Source: Mobula birostris (lineage: Eukaryota). From it: 64,000 nucleotides of DNA. This document shows, piece by piece, positions 57,201-64,000 of the stretch. The number at the start of each line of letters is the position of its first letter. Within the stretch, counting starts at the first letter, position 1. The DNA lies in the NCBI RefSeq assembly GCF_030028105.1, contig NC_092370.1, positions 117,268,221 to 117,332,220 on the forward strand. The letters are read 5' to 3'. A model generated the notes under the pieces. That model saw nothing but the letters and a program-made list of their open reading frames with translations. It made no database searches and was not told where the DNA came from. The translations under genes were made by a program, and so were the position numbers.

Positions 57201-57934
57201 TTATTTCATTGCTGTAAAAGTATATGCAACTTCAAACACTAGTGTTTGTGTTCCGCTTGTGTTTCTCTCTATAGCCTTATATTCCTTTCTCCTTCTCTGG
57301 CTTCCTCTTCAACATGTCCATGCTGTTCACCTTGATCAGTGTGATAACATTGTCCCAATTTCCTACAGATTTATCAATGACCATCTCAATTTTGACACTC
57401 TTGTGTAGCACGTTGGGATATTTACCAATGTAAAATGTTATCCACTTGCAAATTGTTGATTACCACCCATTCAGGGTGCTCTCATTAGAAGCCAGTCCAT
57501 TCTAGGTCAAGGATATTACTTACTTACTGAAGTTTGTTCAAAATGAGCAAAATAGAAAATTCTGAAGATTTGCAACTTGTCTTACATCTCAGTTCCCTGA
57601 AATTGATACACAGTTTACGCCTGAAAGTCACTAATCACTCTTTTCCAACAAGTTCTAGGCCTACATGTTTTTACTCCAGAATATTATGAACTTTTTTTTC
57701 AATCCCAATAGGTTAAAAGTACAACAGGAAGATCTAATCAAATCTTGCACAGAGAGGTTTTGGCTCAAGAGACTGTACAGAGAGCAAAGTGTATCCAGCG
57801 AACAGATGATACAGTCATGTAAAAGACTGCTTGAGGAACAGATGGAGTTATCTGGGATACACCTGTGCATTTCACATTTCTACTCAGTGTTACAGGATGG
57901 TGACTTGTGCATTCCCTGGAACTGGAAACAGTAG
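39012..57934 (+). CDS. TCAIM: T-cell activation inhibitor, mitochondrial, ~493 aa, 10 coding exons
   Basis: Exons 39012-39058, 44300-44432, 45124-45274, 46035-46284, 47445-47567, 50416-50513, 53457-53548, 54274-54506, 56812-56943, 57712-57934. Motifs ALRPFYLAVHPDFFGQHP, RPIRWDKTYYTFTG, WGVAHRCSQLHSL, DVHHHWTK and HFYSVLQDGDLCIPWNWK match recalled human TCAIM; phases consistent. Confidence 0.95.
39925..41570 (+). mobile_element. 5'-truncated CR1 LINE (RT region to 3' end)
   Basis: DWKIANVTPLFKKG..KGNYRPVSLTSVVG and LHLEYCEQF motifs; decayed. Confidence 0.9.
41575..42428 (-). mobile_element. 5'-truncated CR1 LINE (different subfamily)
   Basis: KVASQVDRVIKKAFG...LKLYKMLVRSNLEYC; 3' tail at ~41575. 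Confidence 0.88.
42429..43078 (+). mobile_element. CR1 LINE 3' portion (continuation of the fragment at 39861-39913)
   Basis: gcagctggagttcaatctggaaaa continues ...gctgagaagtggca; ends gaagggcctgtactctgttgtactgttctatgttct. Confidence 0.75.
44300..44432 (+). CDS. TCAIM: TCAIM coding exon 2
   Basis: LCITGG...DAMNALRPFYLAVHPDFFGQHPRER, then donor gtaagt. Confidence 0.95.
44552..45079. mobile_element. Tc1/mariner-type MITE with TA TSD
   Basis: TA|CAGTACTGTGCAAAAATCTTAGGCAC ... GTGCCTAAGACTTTTGCACAATACTG|TA. Confidence 0.85.
45124..45274 (+). CDS. TCAIM: TCAIM coding exon 3
   Basis: DVNENSLKKLNNHLECLQRP...PTQLTFYVRET...NTS. Confidence 0.93.
46035..46284 (+). CDS. TCAIM: TCAIM coding exon 4
   Basis: GFRIVSFTLHTQDLLSTV...RPIRWDKTYYTFTGYQDPEEEL. 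Confidence 0.95.
47445..47567 (+). CDS. TCAIM: TCAIM coding exon 5
   Basis: LWLNKNVSLALERLTASLPLRDDLQRLKTELCQQLEITDI. Confidence 0.93.
47755..47836. repeat. 41-bp tandem duplication
   Basis: tgtagggctgaactagac(t/c)tttgc(t/c)gtctctttgtcctatt x2. Confidence 0.9.
47915..48345 (+). mobile_element. Old L2 LINE 3' fragment
   Basis: Degenerate L2 C-terminal sequence (tttaaatt...ttcaaatccctccatggg) and tail. Confidence 0.5.
49055..50263 (-). mobile_element. hAT/Charlie (Buster-type, MER1/Charlie3-like) deletion derivative with an embedded CR1 tail
   Basis: TIRs CAGGGGTCCCCAACC and GGTTAGGGACCGCTG; 8-bp TSD CTTTAACC at 49047-49054 and 50264-50271; hAT dimerisation-domain remnant LANDGGLKSMF..FWIKVK..YSEIATKALKTLLPF...KQAQGSH. 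Confidence 0.9.
50416..50513 (+). CDS. TCAIM: TCAIM coding exon 6
   Basis: WRKSWGVAHRCSQLHSLNRFAQQNSAVLHNIK. Confidence 0.95.
50905..51290 (-). mobile_element. Deu-domain SINE (SacSINE1/AmnSINE1-like), old
   Basis: Minus strand gatgactcatttaactgagg...atcccatagactatttc resembles the Deu domain, followed by a matching tail. Confidence 0.5.
53457..53548 (+). CDS. TCAIM: TCAIM coding exon 7
   Basis: GCTIIFAEHSGMNAAGQIMLGTVDVHHHWTK. Confidence 0.95.
54274..54506 (+). CDS. TCAIM: TCAIM coding exon 8
   Basis: LLERLPTYYDL...LFHPRSLKGLQMILE. Confidence 0.95.
54604..55180 (-). mobile_element. CR1 LINE 3' fragment (relatively young)
   Basis: QFWSPHYRKDVETIERVQRRFTRMLPGL...RRMRGDLIEVYKMMRGIDRVD; (catagaaa) tail. 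Confidence 0.9.
55430..56323. mobile_element. Solo LTR, 894 bp, 4-bp TSD
   Basis: TGTAAC...ATGACA termini; CTTA at 55426-55429 and 56324-56327; interrupts an older CR1 tail. Confidence 0.7.
56812..56943 (+). CDS. TCAIM: TCAIM coding exon 9
   Basis: GSSAPILLKTGQLRVPVTCDPTALQWFILSHTQTARDFLRNEE. Confidence 0.93.
57712..57934 (+). CDS. TCAIM: TCAIM last coding exon
   Basis: LKVQQEDLI...HLCISHFYSVLQDGDLCIPWNWKQ*. Confidence 0.96.
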
Positions 57935-58991
57935 ATGGGGGAAAAAAAGCAGAGAAAACAGTTGGGTGGTTTCTGCTAGGATGGAGCAGTGCCAGGTGAC
58001 TACATGAAATTCACATGTGAAAACTGGACACCTGCATTGTTTTTTTTTGGAAGTGCAGTTGACATCCAGGGCTGGGAAATCCTAGCTTGGCAACTGTATT
58101 CTGATTTGTGCAAATATAACAGCATATAATATGCCAAATGTGATGAGTCCCACCAGTTCTTCCATCTGACTCGTTGTTCTCGGTATTTCCACGAGTGCAG
58201 CCAGTTCGTACTCAGGCAAGAGGATTTGCAAGCCTCCTTCAGTGAAGGAACTACGAATGCAGGCAGTTTTTGGCTGAGATTTTGAAGCTTCACAAAGGAT
58301 TGTGGAACTTACCCATTCTCTCAGCAGGAATCTTTGTGCAAGATTAGTGAAATCTTGGTGGTGATTACAGGAATGCTTACATAAGGAAGAGTACAATGAT
58401 GCTTGGGCTTAGCCAATGATAGCTCAGAATTGCACTGCAAAGAAATTCCTCCAAAATCCAAAGGAGAAAATAACAGCAAATACCATCCAAAGAGGAAAGA
58501 AAGAGACATAGTACTGCAGGTGCTGTTATCTGCTGGAGGAACTCAGCAGGTTGAGCAGCATCGGAAAAATTCTTCATCTTCAGAATAAGTCCTTTCCTGA
58601 TGAAGGAGCTGCAGGTACATTTGACCCTCAGACCTGGAAGCTGAGCTGTTATAACTCTTCATTGAACTGCAGTCCTTGAGGTGGTGTGTGCCCGGTCTGG
58701 GCTGGTTAGATGCCGTAGAATTGCTGCCTCTGTTGTGGTTTATTCTGTTGACTGCAATTCTTCAGCAGGACACCTTCACAAATGAAGCTAGTTATCAACT
58801 GCAAGCAGAATATATCATTACCACCAAATAGAAGTGAATGTTTAACACCCCATCACCATTCAAGGGAAGTGATTTTAGTGCTCCCTGTCCAAATAATTTT
58901 GTTACAGCACAACATATTGGATTACCTTAAAGTCACTTTCAAAGTCAAATGGTTTATTATACAGTGATTAGCAATTTGATGTAATGTACTA

Positions 58992-59796
58992 CAGTGGATT
59001 CTGGTTACATGGGGCAGCCACTTATTTGGAACAACCCTTAAAGAACAGAATTAGGAAATAAGTCGGGATTCCCTTTGTTTATTTGGAACATTATGCTGCT
59101 TAACTGAGACAGGAGACTGTTACCAAACAGGTTTCACCTAGAATCTGTGGCATGCACTTGTGTGGCCATTAGGTATTACGTGCGTAGAGAGAACACTTCA
59201 TAAATAGCATCGGATGTGTGGGTTTGTGTTCAAAAAACAGTGATTTTTGTCACTGATAGTTGGTGAGAAATAAGCAGTAAGACAATTCGGAACTGTTTTC
59301 CTCACTACAGTTTCAAACATTCAGACTTGGGGATGCCAAAAGGGGCTAGGAGTGAAAATTCAACTATTTTGCTACCAGCAAGTAGGAACTACCAAGTATT
59401 TGAAGGCAACGACAATCACCTTGAAATTTACAAAAAAAATGATTTGGAGAATACTATCGTCGAAAGCATTATACGAAGGCAGTTCATTATTTACACTAGG
59501 TGTCTGCGCTGAATTTGTTCATTTACAGTCAATCAAAAGAACACAACAGCATACACTGGATGAATTCCTCTGATAATTATGAAGTAATACAGTTTTATAG
59601 TACTGTAGCAGTATGGGTAGTGTTCTAATTTGTTCTGTATTTCATTTAAATACATAATTTGTAACTCAGATAAACGGTAGTTGTCTTTTTTATGCCTTTT
59701 TTACAAATTCCATGAAACTTAAGCTAATTAGAGCAGCCACTTAATTGGGCCAAAATCTATTGGTCCCAATGTGTCCCAATTAACCAGATTCCTCTG
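58992..59796. mobile_element. pogo/Tigger-like DNA transposon derivative
   Basis: TA|CAGTGGATTCTGGTTA ... TAACCAGATTCCTCTG|TA; internal remnant resembling a pogo transposase C-terminus. Confidence 0.75.
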
Positions 59797-61841
59797 TATT
59801 AATGTTCAAGCTGAACTAATACCTTTGATATTATTAGCCAAAGTGCCAAACCTTGCCTCCCAACCTCATTTTCTGTTCAAGGCACCTGAGGGCAGAGGAA
59901 TATTACAAACTGAAAATCTCTTCTTTTGCAATGTTGACGGTTGCGCATTTTATTTGAAGCTTTGGTTCTGAAATTCGAGTGGCTGCCAGCAGTCTGTCCA
60001 CTGCTGCTGCTTATTCTCCATTTGCAAATGAACTTTCATCTTCATACCTTGAGAATACAAAAGCCAGTAAATTAAAATACCTTCTTGAATGTGAAACAAC
60101 GGATATGTTCCAAAAAATGAATATCTTCTCAGCACAATCTGCTGAGACACTAGGACTCTGAATATTGCTTGCATTTGTTACTAGAAACATTTTCATTGCC
60201 AATAGCATTTCCAGTTCTAACAGGAAACAAGGAATTGGGAGTAGTTTATGTTACAGGTTGAGTACCCCTTATCTGAAATCAAGTAGGGTAAGTAGGTTGT
60301 CCCGTGATTAGGTTAGGGTTAAATCGAGGGTTGCTGGTCGCACAGCTCAAAAGGCTGGAAGAGCCTATTCTGTGCTGTATCTCTAAATAAATAAATAAGA
60401 TTAAAATCTTTGGGTCCATGTTGCTCTGATTTGAATTACTGAATACATGTTCAAGAAAGAGGATTCATACAAGAATATAATAAGTAAGCCATAGAACTCT
60501 TCAAAGCTGATGTGCTATTCACCAAAGTTGTGGCCAATCAATTTCAATTCTACTTTCCTGTCCTATATAATAGTGCTCAAAAATCTGTCCGTGGCAGCCT
60601 TGGTGATCAAGAACCCACTGCCTTCTTAGGAAAGAATTCCAAAGATTCATAACATTCTGAGTGAGACTTTCCCCTAATCCCAGGCTTAAAAGCTGCAACA
60701 CACTTATTTGAGATTATGACTTCCTGTGCCTGGACATTCCAATCTCTGTCAATCTTAACTAGGTAGGAAGATGCCAGCTGCTTCTTAAACCATGTGCCCA
60801 CATCATGATGACCTCCACTAAGCATCTCTTCCCTTTCCCTCCTTTCAGAGGCACGTAATCTATGAGACAAAGGAACTAAAGCCACTCCATGAAAGTACAG
60901 GCAATGACCATCTCCAACAAGAGAGAATCTCACTACCTACACTTGACATTCAATACCTGACAACACTGGAGACTCGGATTCAATCCTGACCTGTCAGTGT
61001 GGAGTTTGCATGTGCTCCCTCTGAACTGCATGGGTTTCCTCTGGTTTCTCTCTACATCGCTAAGGTGAAGTGGCTGCTGTAAATTGCCCCTAGTATGTAT
61101 GTGAGTGGAAGCGTCTGGGAGGAGTGGATGAGAATGTGGGAAGAATTGATTAAAAAGGTTAATGATGACCAACTCAAAGCCCTTCACCATCTACAAGGCA
61201 CAAAGTCAGGTGCGTGATGGGATGCTCTTCTTTCGCTCAAATGAGTGCAGCAGAAACAACTTTCAAGGAGGTTAACACCATCTAAAAATAAAGCATACCA
61301 CTTGACTGGCATCCCATCAACTGCCAAAGTATCCCCTCCCTCCACAGGCAGTGTATATTGGCTGCAGTGTGTACCCTTTACAAAATGCCCTGTAGTTACT
61401 TGCCCAAGCTCTTTTGTAACAAAATCAGCTTCACTTGTAACACCACCTTATAAACCTGCAACCTCTACCACCATGGACAAAGACAGCAGGATCTTGATTA
61501 CACCAAGACTTGTAGGTTCCTTATAATTCTTAACATCATCCTGTTTTGGAAAAATATTGACCTTTCCTTTTGCTGCATCCAATCTTGGAATTCCTGCTCT
61601 AAAACATCATAGACACTTTCAGCAGAAGGACACAGGTTTTTGAAGATGGCTCAGCACCATTTTCTTGAGGGAAATAAATATCTTGTTAGCAATGCCTAGA
61701 TCCTGAAAGTCAAAACAAAATAGTTCCTCCTGAACCCTGTTCCCTCTGACAATCTGTAGCAATCCAGGTGATCACTTGTACTGAATGCTATATGAAAGGC
61801 TGGATGCTTTACAGATAAGGGGCAGCCCAGTGCCACAGCTA

Positions 61842-64000
61842 ATAAGACCATAAGACATAGGAGGAATGAGGTCATTTGGCCCATCAAGTCTGCTCCGCCA
61901 TTCAATCATGGCTGATCCTCTCCTATCTCCACCTCAACCCCGGTTCCCGGCCTTCTCCCCACAACCTTTAATGCCATGTCCAATCAATCTCTGCCTTAAA
62001 TACACCCAATGACCTGGCCTCCACAGCTACATGTGGCAACAAATTCCACAAATTCATCGCTCTTTGGCTAAAGAAATTTCCCTGCATCGCTGTTTTGAAA
62101 GGGTGCCCCTCTATCCTGAGGCTGTGCCTTCTTGTCCTAGACTCTCCGACTATGGGAAACATCCTTTCCACATCTACTCTGTCTAGGCTTTTCAATATTT
62201 GAAAGGTTTCAATGAGATCCCCCTCATCCTTCTGAATTCCAGCAAATACAGACCCAGAGCCACCAAATGTTCCTCATTCCTGGAATCATCCTTGTGAACC
62301 TCCTCTGGACCCTCTCCAATGCCAGCACATCTTTTGAGGGCCCAAAACTGGTCACAGTACTCAAGGTGAGGTCTCACCAGTGCCTAATAAAGCCTCAGCA
62401 TCACATCCCTGCTCTTGTATTCTAGACCTCTTGAAATGAATGCTAACATGGCATTTGCCTTCCTCTTCCTCACCACCGACTCTACCTGCAAGCTAAACTT
62501 CAGGGTGTTCTGCACAAGGACTCCCAAGTCCATCTGCATCTCAGATTCCTGTATTTTCTCCCTGTTTAGAAAATAGTCCACACATTTATTTCTACTACCT
62601 AAGTACGTGACCATGCATTTTCCAACATTGTATTTCATTTGCCACTTTCTTGCCCCTTCTCCTAATCTAAGTTCTTCTGCATCCTGCCTGTTTCCTCAAC
62701 AATACCCGCCCCTCCACCAATCTTTGTATAATCTGCAAACTGGGCAACAAAGCCATCTATTCTATCATCTAAATCATTTACATACAGCTTATAAAGAAGT
62801 GGTCCCAACACCGACCCCTGTGGAACACTGCTAGTCACTGTCGGCCAACCAGAAAAGAATCCTTTTACTCCAACTCGCTGCCTCCTACCAATCAGCCAAT
62901 GCTCTAACTATGTTAGTAACTTTCCTGTAATACTTGGGTCTCTTAACTTGGTAAGCAGCCTCACGTGTGACACCTTGTCAAAGGCCTTCTGAAAGTCCAA
63001 GTATACAATGTCCACTGCAATCCTTTTACCTATCCTACTTGTAATCTCCTCAAAGAATTCCAACAGGTTCGTCAGGCAGGATTTTCCCTGAAGGAAACTA
63101 TGCTGACTTCATACTATCTTGTCCAGTGTCACCAAGTACTCCATCACCTCATTCTTGACAATTGACTCTAACATCTTCCCAACCACTGAGGTCAGGCTAA
63201 CTGGTCTATAATTTCCTTTCTGCTGCTTTCCTCCTTTTCTTAAAGAGTGGAGTGATATTTGCAATTTTCCAGTCCTTTTAACACCATGCTTGAGTCCAAT
63301 GATTTTTGAGAGATTATTTCTAATGCCACCACAATCTCTAACACTACCTCTTTCAGAACCCTAGGGTGCGTTTCCTCTGGTCTGGGTGACTTATGTACCT
63401 TTAAGTCTTCCAGCTTTTTGAGCACCTTCTCTCTTGTAACAGTAACCGCACCCACTTCTCTTCCTTCACACACTACAACATCAGACATACTGCTAGTGTC
63501 TTCCAAAGTGAATACTCGTTTAGTTCATTAGCCATCTCCTTGTCCCCCATTATTATTTCCCTGGCCTCATTTTCTAATGGTCCTGTAGCCACTCTAATTT
63601 CTCTTTTATTTTTAACATACTCTGATATTATTTGCTAGCTTGCTTTCATATTTCATCTTTTCCCTTTAATGACTTTTTTTAGTTGCTCTCTGTAGGTTTT
63701 AAAAACTTCCCAATCTTCTACCTTCCCATTAATTTTTGTTTTGTTGTATGCCCTTTCTTTTGCTTTTACAATAGCTTTGACTTCCCCTGTCGATCACGGT
63801 TGTACTATTTTACCATTTGAGTATTTCTTCATTTTTGGAATACACGTGTCCTGCACCTTCCTCATTTTTCCCTAGAAATGCACACCATTGCCACTCTGCT
63901 GACATCCCTGCCAGCAGCTCCTTCCAATTTACTTTGGCCAACTCCTCTCTCATATCACTGTGATTTCCCTTACTCCACTGAAATACTGCTACTTCAGACT
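61842..64000 (-). mobile_element. CR1 LINE ORF2 (RT to 3' tail), continues beyond the window
   Basis: [15 protein letters not shown] and WNLLPH motifs; (ccataaga) tail at ~61845. Confidence 0.92.

Overview
Vertebrate nuclear DNA. The repeat content (HER1/CR1-like LINEs, V-SINEs, Deu-type SINEs, abundant Penelope-derived foldback elements) points to a cartilaginous fish, probably a ray; this is inferred. Three protein-coding genes can be spliced by hand with consistent GT-AG sites and phases. (1) The first two coding exons of CNOT10 on the minus strand; the gene runs off the left edge. (2) A complete SLC39A6 (ZIP6/LIV-1 zinc importer) with 9 coding exons, about 717 aa, on the plus strand. (3) A complete TCAIM with 10 coding exons, about 493 aa, on the plus strand. 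Each gene has a CpG-island promoter. The rest is mostly decayed transposons (CR1, L2, Rex1/Babar, RTE, Penelope, hAT, Tc1/pogo, a solo LTR) and three tandem arrays with 41-, 65- and 35-bp units. Most notable: minimal type-I hammerhead ribozyme motifs (CUGANGA-A-stemII-GAAAC-GUH) carried by the Penelope-derived foldback repeats, including a near-intact sense-strand copy in an SLC39A6 intron; an Asp-to-Asn change in the LIV-1 HEXPHEXGD motif of ZIP6; a 3.2-kb G-rich intronic minisatellite; and a 65-bp VNTR in the SLC39A6 promoter. Gene and repeat identities come from recalled homologous sequences, not database searches.
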